26,068 bases of DNA from a virus (IMGVR_UViG_3300022922_000066:1-26068), one strand, 5' to 3'; shown: positions 7,299-18,088, counted from the stretch's first letter. Notes: generated by a model from the sequence alone, not told the origin. Translations and numbers: made by a program.

Positions 7299-10200
7299 TT
7301 ATAACCCAATACTATAACCAGGGAGAACATCTTTAACGTCTAAATCCCCTTCTATAAAATCATAACCTCTTTCTAAAGTAGGCCCTAGCGGTCCTACCCA
7401 GAAAGGGTCTCCATAGCGTTTGCTTTCCATAAATAATGGCATAGCCAAAGCATAAGGCCCAAATATTCCGCTTCTATCTAGTATTTCAAAAGAGTATTCA
7501 CCCCAATCCATACCTACAGACCTTCTATAATTTTTACCAGAAGACTCAAAGAAACCAGAATCTGCGTTTGGACCAGTAAATGGAAGCAACCAGTCTAGCC
7601 CAATTTTAAACCTTTCTCTTATATCTAATCCTAACATAGTTAAAGGTAAAAGGGTTGCTGCACCTAAGAGAAGAGGAATTGAAGCGGAAGTAAATCCTTC
7701 TTCATTAAACCTATTTTTAGACTCTCTCATTAAACCACCAACAATATTTTTACCATAGGCATAGAAAAAAGACTTAAGCTGCCACACTAAAGCAAACCTC
7801 GGATCTGAAGCCCACACGGGTCTCTCTGCTGCATTTGGTCTTACAATAGATTCATCCACAAATCTAGCTAGTGCAAGCCTAATTTGTTCGTTTTCAGGTC
7901 CGGTTACGTTTTGCCCCCTTTGATTCCACCCTTCGACTTGATCCCAAGTAAGGTTTAATTCTTTTAAATAACGTATTGATCTTTTATCACCTAACTTAGC
8001 TCTTTTACCGTGATCTATTAAGAAAGCTTTTCCCATGCCCCCCGCAAAAATACGTGTAAATTTAGTAAACCACTCTAAGCCGATTGTTTTAAAAAATAAA
8101 TCAGAGGCGGCCTTGGCTTTTGGTACCATAAAATCTAACTCTGCTGCGTTTATATACATAGTATTAACAGCATCAGTACTAATTACACCAATATCTTTTG
8201 CAAATTGAGCAAGTTCTTGTCGTTTTTTTGCAGAAAGTTCTCCACCAAAAGTATCGCCAACTAGTCCATCTAAATAAGGTAGAAGAACATCTGTTACTCT
8301 TGGAATAGTTTTTAGTTCTTTAGAGCGTAAGATTGGACCGGCAAAATCGGGCAAAGAGGCTAAAACAGCAAAAGGTAAAAGTGTTATAACATTAAAAGTT
8401 AATAACCAGCTATTTGCCTCTTTAAAGGTTTGGCTCATTTCGGGGTTGACTTTACCCAACATAGCTTGAACAGCAGCTTTAGCCTGTTCTCTTTGTTCTT
8501 TGGGTAGAGTATTTATGAGACGTTGTGCTTTAGCTGCGCCCCCTCGTTTTTTATATTCTGTTTTTTTAACAACGTTAGTAATATATTTCTGTAAAGAAAT
8601 TAATGGGTCTTCGGCTATGCTATCCCCATTTTCATCTTTTGCCTCTCGTAAGGCTTTGTTAGGAATATTAGCAAAAAGTTCCGCTCTGTGTTTTACAAGT
8701 CCAACCCCTATTTCTTGTAGCTCAATATCCGCCGCGTCTTGCCCAGAATCAACTACTTTTTGATCTCCCATATTTTTTATAATCCCACTAACCACTAATT
8801 GTGCATATTCGGGGGTGACTGTAAAATCTTCAAAAACAGGATTTCCATCTTTATCTGCTTCATACATAACCTTCCCATTTTTTACTCTGGGGCTACCATC
8901 TTTGTTTCGTAGTGCTTTAGGTCTTTTAAATACTTTTCCTTGGTTATATTCAACTAAAAGGCCTGCTAGCTTACTTTGTAGCGTAGAACTAGAAACCAAC
9001 ATATCACTTATGACCCGAGGAAAATAATTATTTAGTTTATTTACTTTTAAAGTAGATAAATCCCTTCGTTCATAAAACTCAGACAACCACTCTCTAACTT
9101 GTTTAGCTTTTGGACTAAGATCTTCTGTATTAACTTGATTATCTTCAGCCTCTAAGAGAATATCCATTGCCTCTTGAGTTATACCACTAGTATCTGTTAT
9201 ATCTAAAATTGTAAACAATTCACTTAGATAACCATTTATAGCTGAAATTTTTGCTGTTAAAAAACCTGTTCTTTCTCCAGACTGAGATCTAGAGTAAAAC
9301 ATTTTAGCCAATTCAGCTCCCACCCCATTCGGAAACATTTCTTTACCGGTCTTTTTATCTTTTTGGCGAATGTTTTTACCTAAGGAGCGTACAAAATTAT
9401 CGGTATCATATAACCAATACTTAAGTGACCTAGGGATTTTATTTTCAGATGATAAAATATTTTCTGCCATCTTTTTTAACTGTTGCATTTGTGCCGGAGT
9501 TACAAAACCTTTTAAAGCGTTTGGAATCATTTCATCTGCCATGTTTCGTATAAAAATACGGTCTTCTGCAGTAATTGGGTTTCTAATTGGATCTTTTGCC
9601 CCATCTTTATAACTTTGTAATAAAGCATCTACATAAGATTCAAAAGAGGGATTGATCTCAAAACGTTTTTGCATTAATTGTCCGAATTTTTTAAAAGCCC
9701 GCTCGACTTTATTAGCTATTCTTTTAAAGAAAGATTCGGTTTGGTTTGTAGCTTTTTTAGATCTATTTAAAAGATAAGCTCCAATTTGATCTGCGTACCA
9801 TTCTTCAAAACCATTCTGACCATCATAACTTTTTGAGCCTACTGTTTGTTTTGCTGTTTCAAATTCCTTTAAGAGATTATTAAGAAGAGTTTTATTACTT
9901 AGAGAATTAATTACTTCCTGTTTAAAAACAGCGTGTCCTACTTCATGAAGTAACGCTAACATAGCTTCACTTTGTTGTTGAGCGGTTGCGTTTTCTGGGA
10001 GGTTTATAATAATAACATCTGTTTCAGCATTACTTAGAATCCTACCTAATAATGGTTTTTTAACTCCATTACTATCTTCTACAGCTCCCAAAACAATTTG
10101 TTGTTGGTTTTGTACAAATTTATTTTCATAAGACTCGTCTGCAAGAATTACTTGTAAATTTCTATTAAACTTAAATTCATTTTTAATAATATTTATTAAT

Positions 10201-13200
10201 TCATCAACCGCGCGGCCCTCTTTAAGTCTGTCTTTTAAACCTGAAGATATATTTACAGTAGGTTTTTTTGCTCCTTGTTTTTTAGGGAGCTCTAAAAAGC
10301 TAAACCTATCTCTAAGCTCAAACTCCATTTTTGCTCTAATATCAGCTACATCTGTTGTGTCTGTTGGCGATTCCTCAAAAACAAAAGCGGGTTGTCTACC
10401 AAGCACTCGTCCCGTCTCTGGGTCTCTTGCAACCCCCCTATTTGATACTTGTTCAACACGAGGGGATTCAAACGTGCCTGTAACTAGTCGCTGCCCCTCT
10501 GCAGCTCCAGGCCCCGTTGGTACAAAATCAGTTTCCGATTCGGCCCCAACAATGTCTCTAGAACGACTTCTAATATCTTTTAGCTGTTCTTGGGTGCTCT
10601 TTTTTTGTTCAATTAAATTATCACGCAAAGCCTTTTTTTGATCAAAATTTAATTGAGCAATTGCAGGGTCATTTGGTGTTTCGGATAACGTGTCTTCTAT
10701 ACGAGAATCAAAGTCAGCAATTTTTTGTTCTAATGAAGTAACATTAGCATCAAACTCCCCTCTCGAAGTAATTAATTCAAATAAATCAATATGCCCATCG
10801 GGATTTTCGGGGGTTACTTGACTAGGTAAACTTAAAACAGGGGCTTCATAAAAAAATTGTTGGTTAACGCTATCAATAGTAAAAGGAACGCCCCTATAAT
10901 AAAGTTGATACCCGTTTAATAATAGCTCCGTTATTGCATTCGTAAACCCTTGAAGTGCTCTTTCTTGGGGTGTTTGTGCTGTTTGAGACATTTCGCCTTG
11001 CATATTTAAGTTACGAGTACCAAACTTAGTTATTTCAGGCATATATATCTGTTGCTGTCCTTCTTGCCCTTTTTCTATGTTTGTGATTGTCCAAAAAGTT
11101 GGGGTTTTTTTATCTACTCTAACTCGTTTACTTTCAATTCTTTTTGCTGTTTTAACCCACCTAGCCGTTTCAATTTCCATGTTTTGTGAGCCCATTGGCA
11201 CACGAAGTTTTTTAATATTAAAAAACCCTTTTGGTTCACCGGTCTCATCTAAAACAGGGTCTATTCTAAAAATAAAATTTGAGTTGTTTTCAGATTCATC
11301 AATAAACCTTTTTAATAAAGAATCTGAATAATTACCTTCACTAATGTTTCTATTAAACTCTTCTAAAAATTCTGGGGCAATTAAATCTCTAGCTGTATCT
11401 ATTGTATTTTGATCCTGAGCCCTCCCAGCTTTCCACCCCTCTTTAAATAAATCTGGTTTAACTGTTGTTACAGGAACTACGGGAGCAAGCGGGTCTGTGG
11501 GCGTAGGTTGTTGGCTGGCTTTTTTAGCATCTTCTTTTGCTTTTTGTAACTCCGGACCAATTTTTGCGGGTCGAATGGGGGTAGCATCAGACCCTTCTCC
11601 CTCTTCAACTACTGTTGCCTCATCAAAAAACTGAAAATTAGCTGGGGCCTCTTCATCTGGGGTTAGCGCCCCCTCCTTGTTTGGTTGTAAAGCAATAAAA
11701 TCTTGTCGAAGTGTTTGTTGCTCTTTTGGACTTAATTTATCAATACCCCCAAGTCTTCTTGCTTTTTCAACTAGTCCTAAATATCTATCACGAATTGAAT
11801 CATCAGTATCAGTAATAGTTTCTTCATCAATATTAATATCCCTAGTCTCAACAGTTTTATCTAACTTGGCATTGCGCTCTTCTAGATGCTGCTTAACATT
11901 CTTTTTAATTATTTTTCCTTTAGGAAAAAGTTCTCTAGCTTTAGCTTCTACGGCTGAGGCATCTTTTACATTAGTAGATTGATACCAAATCGGGTTTCCA
12001 TTTTCATCTAAAACTTCCACCACCATATCGTCTTCTGGTTTTCTGCTATGCTCGTATCCTAAAATATCCACTAAAGTATTATCTAAAGCTATACTATTTA
12101 AAGGATTTTCAACTGTAGTTTTTATAAACTGGTCTAGCTTATTTTGGTCTGTGGTAAATAACGCGCCCTGTCTAAAATTTTCGGGTGTTACTTCATTTTG
12201 TAAGAGTTCATTTTTTATTCTTTGTGCAAGTTCGGGGTTACGTTCTATTAAAACATTCATTTGATTAAAACTATTTGCATCTAAATAAACAGAATCCTTT
12301 GAGTTATTCTCATCAAAGACCGCATTAAATTGTGCTTCTAACCAATCTACGGGTTCTTTATATACATCCCCTATTTCAACATCTCCATAACGTTCAATGT
12401 TAAATTGGTTGTATTGGTCATTAGCATATTTTTCATCTACATAAGAACGTGCTTTTTCAACTACTCCTGTTACAGTGCCCCCAAGAGTACCTAATCCCGC
12501 ACCACCAAAAAACCCAGCAAAAGCCGCATGGGCTCTATCTAATTTAGCATGAGCGCTTGTGTAGTTTGGATCAATTGCAAATTTCTGTTGGATGTTTATT
12601 TCTTCTTGAGCAAGTTCGGTTAAGCCTTCAATACCCGCCGTTCTTCCTGCTCCAGCGGCCATAGCTCCAATAATATTTTTATGTATAGGGCCATCCCCTT
12701 TTTTTAATTTATTTAAAAAATATTTAGCAACAAGAGCCTCTCCGCCTACCCCAATTACCGCCCCTGGTATTCCTATACCCGCAGCAGTAAACGCAGAAAC
12801 CGGGTCTGTCATATCTTGTTCAGCGAAAGTGCCAAAAGAAACCCCTGCTAGTTGAGGGTATTCAGAAGCAAAAGCTCCTCCAAGAGCACCACGTGTGCTT
12901 GCCTTTTTTAAATAATTATTTCTTAGTTGTTGGTAGATAGCATCTTCTAAAAGTTCGTCGTCAAGATCTACTGCTTCATTTTTAAGTCGTTTTACAGCTA
13001 AATCTTTAAACTCTTTTTCCGCAACTTTTTTTGCTGCTAGGTTAGTAAGAGCTGCACTTCCCCCCATTCTTAAAGCACTGCCCCCCACAACAGCACCAAT
13101 TCCTGCTCCCGTAAAAGCGGATACAATACTAGCTAAAGCTGTTGGAGTAAATTGTCCTGTAGCAAGAACAGCTTGATTTAAAAAACCCGAAAAAGTTGGT

Positions 13201-13541
13201 TCTTCTAAAAACTGTTCAAATTCTTCAAACCCAGCTGTAGCACTAGCAGCTTGACTTTCATAACGAGCAGCATCTAGTAATGCATCATTTAACCCTTTTT
13301 GGTCTCCTAAAATAGAGTTCCCTAGGGCCCGAAAATAACTTGTTGTAGAACCAAGACCCGCTACTCCGGCTTGACGGCCAGATTCAAAAGCGGCTAAAGG
13401 ATCAAAGCCTGTATCCCTACCCCCGGGCAAAGTGCGATCTCTATCGGCTAGTGCCCCAACAGGCGCGTTTCTTGAGTTATCAGAATCGGCGAGTGCTCCA
13501 ACACCCAAAAAGGCTTGAATAGGGTCTTTTTCATTTGCCAT
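7299..13541 (-). CDS. Large internal virion (ejection) protein with zincin-like metallopeptidase motif (2080 aa)
   Basis: Last and largest gene of the block after the adaptors. Gly/Ala-rich hydrophobic segments near both termini. LLHEVGH (HEVGH at 9933-9947) is followed by FEEWYAD. Confidence 0.75.
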   Translation of the reverse strand: MANEKDPIQAFLGVGALADSDNSRNAPVGALADRDRTLPGGRDTGFDPLAAFESGRQAGVAGLGSTTSYFRALGNSILGDQKGLNDALLDAARYESQAASATAGFEEFEQFLEEPTFSGFLNQAVLATGQFTPTALASIVSAFTGAGIGAVVGGSALRMGGSAALTNLAAKKVAEKEFKDLAVKRLKNEAVDLDDELLEDAIYQQLRNNYLKKASTRGALGGAFASEYPQLAGVSFGTFAEQDMTDPVSAFTAAGIGIPGAVIGVGGEALVAKYFLNKLKKGDGPIHKNIIGAMAAGAGRTAGIEGLTELAQEEINIQQKFAIDPNYTSAHAKLDRAHAAFAGFFGGAGLGTLGGTVTGVVEKARSYVDEKYANDQYNQFNIERYGDVEIGDVYKEPVDWLEAQFNAVFDENNSKDSVYLDANSFNQMNVLIERNPELAQRIKNELLQNEVTPENFRQGALFTTDQNKLDQFIKTTVENPLNSIALDNTLVDILGYEHSRKPEDDMVVEVLDENGNPIWYQSTNVKDASAVEAKARELFPKGKIIKKNVKQHLEERNAKLDKTVETRDINIDEETITDTDDSIRDRYLGLVEKARRLGGIDKLSPKEQQTLRQDFIALQPNKEGALTPDEEAPANFQFFDEATVVEEGEGSDATPIRPAKIGPELQKAKEDAKKASQQPTPTDPLAPVVPVTTVKPDLFKEGWKAGRAQDQNTIDTARDLIAPEFLEEFNRNISEGNYSDSLLKRFIDESENNSNFIFRIDPVLDETGEPKGFFNIKKLRVPMGSQNMEIETARWVKTAKRIESKRVRVDKKTPTFWTITNIEKGQEGQQQIYMPEITKFGTRNLNMQGEMSQTAQTPQERALQGFTNAITELLLNGYQLYYRGVPFTIDSVNQQFFYEAPVLSLPSQVTPENPDGHIDLFELITSRGEFDANVTSLEQKIADFDSRIEDTLSETPNDPAIAQLNFDQKKALRDNLIEQKKSTQEQLKDIRSRSRDIVGAESETDFVPTGPGAAEGQRLVTGTFESPRVEQVSNRGVARDPETGRVLGRQPAFVFEESPTDTTDVADIRAKMEFELRDRFSFLELPKKQGAKKPTVNISSGLKDRLKEGRAVDELINIIKNEFKFNRNLQVILADESYENKFVQNQQQIVLGAVEDSNGVKKPLLGRILSNAETDVIIINLPENATAQQQSEAMLALLHEVGHAVFKQEVINSLSNKTLLNNLLKEFETAKQTVGSKSYDGQNGFEEWYADQIGAYLLNRSKKATNQTESFFKRIANKVERAFKKFGQLMQKRFEINPSFESYVDALLQSYKDGAKDPIRNPITAEDRIFIRNMADEMIPNALKGFVTPAQMQQLKKMAENILSSENKIPRSLKYWLYDTDNFVRSLGKNIRQKDKKTGKEMFPNGVGAELAKMFYSRSQSGERTGFLTAKISAINGYLSELFTILDITDTSGITQEAMDILLEAEDNQVNTEDLSPKAKQVREWLSEFYERRDLSTLKVNKLNNYFPRVISDMLVSSSTLQSKLAGLLVEYNQGKVFKRPKALRNKDGSPRVKNGKVMYEADKDGNPVFEDFTVTPEYAQLVVSGIIKNMGDQKVVDSGQDAADIELQEIGVGLVKHRAELFANIPNKALREAKDENGDSIAEDPLISLQKYITNVVKKTEYKKRGGAAKAQRLINTLPKEQREQAKAAVQAMLGKVNPEMSQTFKEANSWLLTFNVITLLPFAVLASLPDFAGPILRSKELKTIPRVTDVLLPYLDGLVGDTFGGELSAKKRQELAQFAKDIGVISTDAVNTMYINAAELDFMVPKAKAASDLFFKTIGLEWFTKFTRIFAGGMGKAFLIDHGKRAKLGDKRSIRYLKELNLTWDQVEGWNQRGQNVTGPENEQIRLALARFVDESIVRPNAAERPVWASDPRFALVWQLKSFFYAYGKNIVGGLMRESKNRFNEEGFTSASIPLLLGAATLLPLTMLGLDIRERFKIGLDWLLPFTGPNADSGFFESSGKNYRRSVGMDWGEYSFEILDRSGIFGPYALAMPLFMESKRYGDPFWVGPLGPTLERGYDFIEGDLDVKDVLPGYSIGL

Positions 13542-13546
13542 AACAT

Positions 13547-15784
13547 TTAAGGTTGTTCATTTGGGTTTGTTAAAGGAGGAATAACTAGTCTTAAAATTCG
13601 CATTTGTTTTGGGCCCATCTTTCTTTCAAGGCGCCCATAATCTATACCCTCTTCTGACTCAAAGGTCCTGCCCCCTACTCTATTTACTACAACTAATTCA
13701 ACAGGTTTCCCTTCTGAATCTGTCCTCCAAGCAAGGCGATCTGCATAATTTGCAAACCCGCCGGGGTCATCTGCGGCAAGAATATCTCCCCAAAAGTCTT
13801 TATCAAATTGTCTTATAGGAATACCATAGAAAAAATTTGGTTCCGAATCTAGTACACCACCTGTATAAACCATGCCCGAGATTAAACTCCTTACTCTTTG
13901 GAAAGTAGATTCGCCGCCTAATTTTCTTAAAAGACCTAAGTCTGCGCCTTTTTCTCGCATTTCATCAGATAAAGGTATTTCGGCTAAAGCCCCAAGTATA
14001 TCTGCTTCGGCTTTAGCATATTGTTGTTGAAAATTCTCTGCCCCGAAAGCATCTATAGCGGCATCTATTGAAGTATTAGCGGTTTCTAATTTACCTTCAA
14101 ATCTATCTATTGAAGCCTTGTTTTGTGTTGAAAGCCAATCTCTATAGGTCTGTTCTAATTGACGGTTTTGTTGGGTACGCATGACTAAGCTTTCTGGTCC
14201 AGCTTTTGGGTCTCCAGTTTTTATATTATTAAATAATTCAATTGCTTGCGCCCTTATATTAGACTGAGTGCCTCCCGGGCCTGCGATTGCATTAGCAATA
14301 ATTAAACTGTGAACAAACGGGTCTTTAATTTTTCCTTCTTGAACCGCTTGATTAAATGATTGACTATCCGTAATACCCTGTTCCTGTAAAAGATTTCTAG
14401 ATTTAGTAATAACATCTTCAGTTAATAAAGAAGACAACGTACCACTATCTAATAGCTCTAAAGCCTGTTCCTTTGTAGTAATACCTGTTAAATCAGGAGT
14501 TTCAGGAAAATCTGTTTCAACCATAGGCGCTGTAACATCTCGTACATCGCCTACCTCGGTATAATCTTCTAAATAACGTAGATCAAAACCAGCGTCGCTA
14601 ATTTGTTGTCTAGCGGCAGGGAGATACTCTTCTGCTAATTTTTTTATAGCTTCTGCATCATTTGTAACTGTTTTCCATTCTTTTGAATTTCTTGTGAAAG
14701 ACTCATTACCTTCTTTACTTTTCCAAAAATTGTATAAAACAGTTCCCGTAGGATATTTAATATTGTTTCCACTAACGGAACCATCAAGTATACCGGAAAT
14801 TTGTGCTGTAATATTAGCAACACCGCCACCACCTTTTAATAAAGGTAATTTAGAGTCTCTTTTTCCTGCTTCCTTATTAATATCTTTAAAAACTTGTTGT
14901 TTTTCTTCTTTAAATTCAATGCCCCGTTGTCCTACTCTTGGATCGGGCGGTGGGGTACTTCCAACGTTTTGTTGGTTATATTGTTGTTTTAAATTTTCAT
15001 CTATAGTGGTTTCCCACAAAGAAAGAACTTGCCCAAGAGAATCTGTTTGTGCGCCCGTGCCCGCTAAATCTGGATTAGTTTCTACTCGATCTAACTCATT
15101 TGTTAACTCATCCATAAGAGTATCAAAAGTAACTCCTGCTTTACCAGTGCCTGTAGGAGATAAACTTTCTTGCTCTTGAGTTAATATAGCGCCCGCTCTA
15201 TAAGCTTCTGGATTACGCAACCTATTTAATTTATTAGCTCTTGCCCCTATCCATGACGCAACTTGTGACCCACTTAAAATAACTGCTTCGTCGTCGCTTG
15301 GATCAGAAGACCGGTTTCTTGTTAAAAAACTAAACACGCCATCTTTTCTTTTTATAGGAATGGTATAAGCCACATTATTTTTATCATTTAACCAAGCTTG
15401 TTTTTCTTCTTCCGAAGCATCTTGTAACGATGTAGGAAGTTTGTTTTTTACAGGAACTAAACTAGATATCTGCCCAACTTCTATCTTTCCTTTGTCCTCA
15501 TATGCCCCAAGGAAAGACTGTACTCCCGCTAATAAAGACTGCCTTTCAGTCTCAGGGATTTTTTGTAGCTTTTGGTACCAATCTGGGGCGACCATATAAC
15601 TGTTGGTATCTGAATTAAATTGGACGAGCCCAGACCCCTCAAATTCGTTTAATGCTCTGCTTGCATTTTCTGAGTCTAACGCAAGTTGGTTCATCTCCAT
15701 TGTTTGTTGGGTTTGTCGATTTGCTAAACCCTGCCTATTAAATTGAGAAAAACTTTGTACTGCTGAAGTAAATGGATCTGCCAT
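13547..15784 (-). CDS. Putative internal virion/ejection protein (745 aa)
   Basis: Long ORF in the co-oriented operon between the small Ala/Gln-rich genes and the 2080-aa gene. No catalytic motif recognised. Confidence 0.6.
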   Translation of the reverse strand: MADPFTSAVQSFSQFNRQGLANRQTQQTMEMNQLALDSENASRALNEFEGSGLVQFNSDTNSYMVAPDWYQKLQKIPETERQSLLAGVQSFLGAYEDKGKIEVGQISSLVPVKNKLPTSLQDASEEEKQAWLNDKNNVAYTIPIKRKDGVFSFLTRNRSSDPSDDEAVILSGSQVASWIGARANKLNRLRNPEAYRAGAILTQEQESLSPTGTGKAGVTFDTLMDELTNELDRVETNPDLAGTGAQTDSLGQVLSLWETTIDENLKQQYNQQNVGSTPPPDPRVGQRGIEFKEEKQQVFKDINKEAGKRDSKLPLLKGGGGVANITAQISGILDGSVSGNNIKYPTGTVLYNFWKSKEGNESFTRNSKEWKTVTNDAEAIKKLAEEYLPAARQQISDAGFDLRYLEDYTEVGDVRDVTAPMVETDFPETPDLTGITTKEQALELLDSGTLSSLLTEDVITKSRNLLQEQGITDSQSFNQAVQEGKIKDPFVHSLIIANAIAGPGGTQSNIRAQAIELFNNIKTGDPKAGPESLVMRTQQNRQLEQTYRDWLSTQNKASIDRFEGKLETANTSIDAAIDAFGAENFQQQYAKAEADILGALAEIPLSDEMREKGADLGLLRKLGGESTFQRVRSLISGMVYTGGVLDSEPNFFYGIPIRQFDKDFWGDILAADDPGGFANYADRLAWRTDSEGKPVELVVVNRVGGRTFESEEGIDYGRLERKMGPKQMRILRLVIPPLTNPNEQP

Positions 15785-15787
15785 AAT

Positions 15788-16360
15788 TTATATCCCAAAT
15801 GCCATTAAAGCTAGTGAACCGAGTCCCGCACCCATTGACATCATTTGTGAGGAGTGTTGAGCTTTGGCGTTTTTGTAAGCTGCTTGTCTATTAGCAGCCA
15901 TAGCTGAAGCTTCGCCAAGCCCAGATAAAGAGCTTCGGTTTACGCCCTGGCCAATATTTATTAAATCTGCTAACGTGCGCTGGTTAATTTCCCTTTGTTG
16001 TATAAGAGCATTATTTAGCCCCCCAGCAAGGTTTAATTGCGTCCCTCTTTGTAAAGCGCGTTGTTGTTCTTGTTGCTGTGCAGCACTTAAACCCGCTCCA
16101 CCATATCTCTCAATATTTCGTTGTTGCATTTCTTTAGCAATTTGACCCTGTCTTAAAGAATCTTCTCTAGCTCTATCGGTTAAAGATGTGTCATCTTTTG
16201 CTGCAATCAAACGTTCTTCAAAAGGACGAAAATCTTTTAAATAATTCTCAAAATCGTCTCTAGTAATACCGGCATAAACTTTTTCTGGGTCTGCTACCTG
16301 AGGTAAACTGCTTATAGAAGAAATAGTTTTTTGCAGGGGTAAATTATCATATAGAGCCAT
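15788..16360 (-). CDS. Putative small ejection protein (190 aa)
   Basis: Gln/Ala-rich helical sequence with a hydrophobic Gly-rich C-terminus (MMSMGAGLGSLALMAFGI), and typical position. Confidence 0.6.
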   Translation of the reverse strand: MALYDNLPLQKTISSISSLPQVADPEKVYAGITRDDFENYLKDFRPFEERLIAAKDDTSLTDRAREDSLRQGQIAKEMQQRNIERYGGAGLSAAQQQEQQRALQRGTQLNLAGGLNNALIQQREINQRTLADLINIGQGVNRSSLSGLGEASAMAANRQAAYKNAKAQHSSQMMSMGAGLGSLALMAFGI

Positions 16361-16363
16361 AAC

Positions 16364-16987
16364 TTATATCTCCGGAACATTCGATGTTGGGTTCATACCC
16401 AACCCGAAATAGTCTTGTATACCACTGTTCTTCAGCCGGTCTTTCATACTGCCACTCCCAAAGAAACCCTGACCATTAGATATATTTTTTGCGCCCTGTA
16501 ATCCGAAAGTAGTTCCTAACTGAACACCTGCAGCTAAACGCGCGTTTCTAATAGTTTGTTTTGCTTTGGCTTCTTGTAATTGTTTTGTAGATTGAATCCT
16601 AGCAGCTTGCGCTAAACCGGATTGAGCCTCAGCAGCTTGACCTCTTGCGGTACCTAAGACCCCAATTTGTCTTTGTCTTTGAGCACCTAAAGCTTGTGCA
16701 CTACCCTGTAATTGTTGTGCAGAAGCAGCGGAAGCTAAATCAGCGGCTTGATCAACAGAACGAGCTGCAGCTAAGCTAGGTCGACTGCTTAAAGCCTGCA
16801 TAGTATCAGCTTGTGCTGTACCACGCGCTAGTCCTCCTAAATCTTCTTTCTCAGAAAGGTCCCGCATCTCTCGAAGCAAGGGTCCATACTTTTGATTAAA
16901 GTAATCTTTCTCTGCTTTGCTTACAGAAGCAAGTGCTTTCTCTTGTTCAGAAGCTTGAAAATTTTGTTTTTTTGGTTTTGAACTCAT
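16364..16987 (-). CDS. Putative small ejection protein (207 aa)
   Basis: ATGA overlap with the upstream gene. Ala/Gln-rich helical body with a Gly-rich C-terminal part; directly follows the GNAT-like gene. Confidence 0.6.
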   Translation of the reverse strand: MSSKPKKQNFQASEQEKALASVSKAEKDYFNQKYGPLLREMRDLSEKEDLGGLARGTAQADTMQALSSRPSLAAARSVDQAADLASAASAQQLQGSAQALGAQRQRQIGVLGTARGQAAEAQSGLAQAARIQSTKQLQEAKAKQTIRNARLAAGVQLGTTFGLQGAKNISNGQGFFGSGSMKDRLKNSGIQDYFGLGMNPTSNVPEI

Positions 16988-17427
16988 AATTCTTTTTTAT
17001 AAACATAACTTGTTAATTCAAATCCGTGCTTCCGTGCAACCCTGGCCCATCCTGGTCTACTTGTGTGAAACTCTAATGTCTTCACATTTTTTTCTAGGGC
17101 TAGCTTATCTAAAAAAGTAAACCCTACTTCCCTATAATTATACTCTGGTTTTTGATAACTTGCCCAGATAAATAGCGTAGGTTCGCCACCTGGGTCTGCG
17201 ATTAATGAGCAGATAACAAAGCCAACATATTTGTCAGCTTCATAAAACATATATAACGTAGCATTTTTATTACGTAATGCTAGATATATATCTGCTGGTA
17301 TCCAATCAGAGTAACTTTTATTTCTTATGACATGTAGATCAGATTCAATTCTTTCATAAGCATACCGAATCTCATCTACAGGTATTTCTTCGACGGATAT
17401 TCCATTAATAGTCGATCTCTGAACCAT
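16984..17427 (-). CDS. GNAT-fold (acetyltransferase-like) morphogenesis protein; probable start 17427 (147 aa)
   Basis: YVGFVIC...LFIWASY...LDKLALEKNVKTLEFHTSRPGWARVARKHGF fits a degenerate GNAT pattern, and the position matches T7 gp13/P22 gp14. The ATG at 17427 has AAGGT upstream and overlaps the previous gene less than the track's 17466 start. Confidence 0.6.
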   Translation of the reverse strand: MVQRSTINGISVEEIPVDEIRYAYERIESDLHVIRNKSYSDWIPADIYLALRNKNATLYMFYEADKYVGFVICSLIADPGGEPTLFIWASYQKPEYNYREVGFTFLDKLALEKNVKTLEFHTSRPGWARVARKHGFELTSYVYKKEL

Positions 17428-18088
17428 ATCGCTTATACCTTTTACGCGGTGACAACCCTGTACCACGGTATTTAACTAATCTACGTACACCTAAATCACC
17501 GCTTCTTGCTCTTTGTTCTGCTTGTGTTACTTCTTGGTTAAACAAACCTAAATAATCTGCAGCTGCTTGTGAATCAGACCAATCTCTTCTTGGGATTCTA
17601 AGCAATCTATATAGAGCACCATAAATAATTCCGTCTCTATAATCATTTGAAAAATCAGTGCTAATATTGTTTGAGGTTCTAGTTGGTTTTAAAGCAACGC
17701 TTATTTGTAAACCATTTGTAACTGATGAATTAGGGACTGGTACAACCCAAAAAGTATCCGGGTTTTTTTGTAAGTAAACTTGTGGTAAAGCGGTTTTGTT
17801 TCTCCAGTCGGGATAGTTTAGTTCTAAACTTCTAGGACTAATTGGGTCTAAATCATCTCCATCATATGTCATCCAAAGTATTTGATGAACGTCTGTACCC
17901 GCAGGTTGATCAAACTCATACTCATAAACACCACTTATAGTTGTAATTGGATCTAAATCAAAAACATATGCTTTTGATCTTTCACAAAGTTCAATGGTTG
18001 CTGATCTTAAATTAGATTCAATTAAAGTATCCGGACAGTTTGGAACATAAGGTAAAACTTCTTTAACTAAGGAACTAAAATTTGCCAT
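17405..18088 (-). CDS. Head-tail adaptor-like protein 2 (227 aa)
   Basis: GGAG RBS. VLPYVPNCPD..IE..LR.A.IELCERS N-terminus and YRDGIIYGALYRLL.IP..DWSD C-terminal helices fit the adaptor pattern. Confidence 0.65.
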   Translation of the reverse strand: MANFSSLVKEVLPYVPNCPDTLIESNLRSATIELCERSKAYVFDLDPITTISGVYEYEFDQPAGTDVHQILWMTYDGDDLDPISPRSLELNYPDWRNKTALPQVYLQKNPDTFWVVPVPNSSVTNGLQISVALKPTRTSNNISTDFSNDYRDGIIYGALYRLLRIPRRDWSDSQAAADYLGLFNQEVTQAEQRARSGDLGVRRLVKYRGTGLSPRKRYKRYGSEIDY

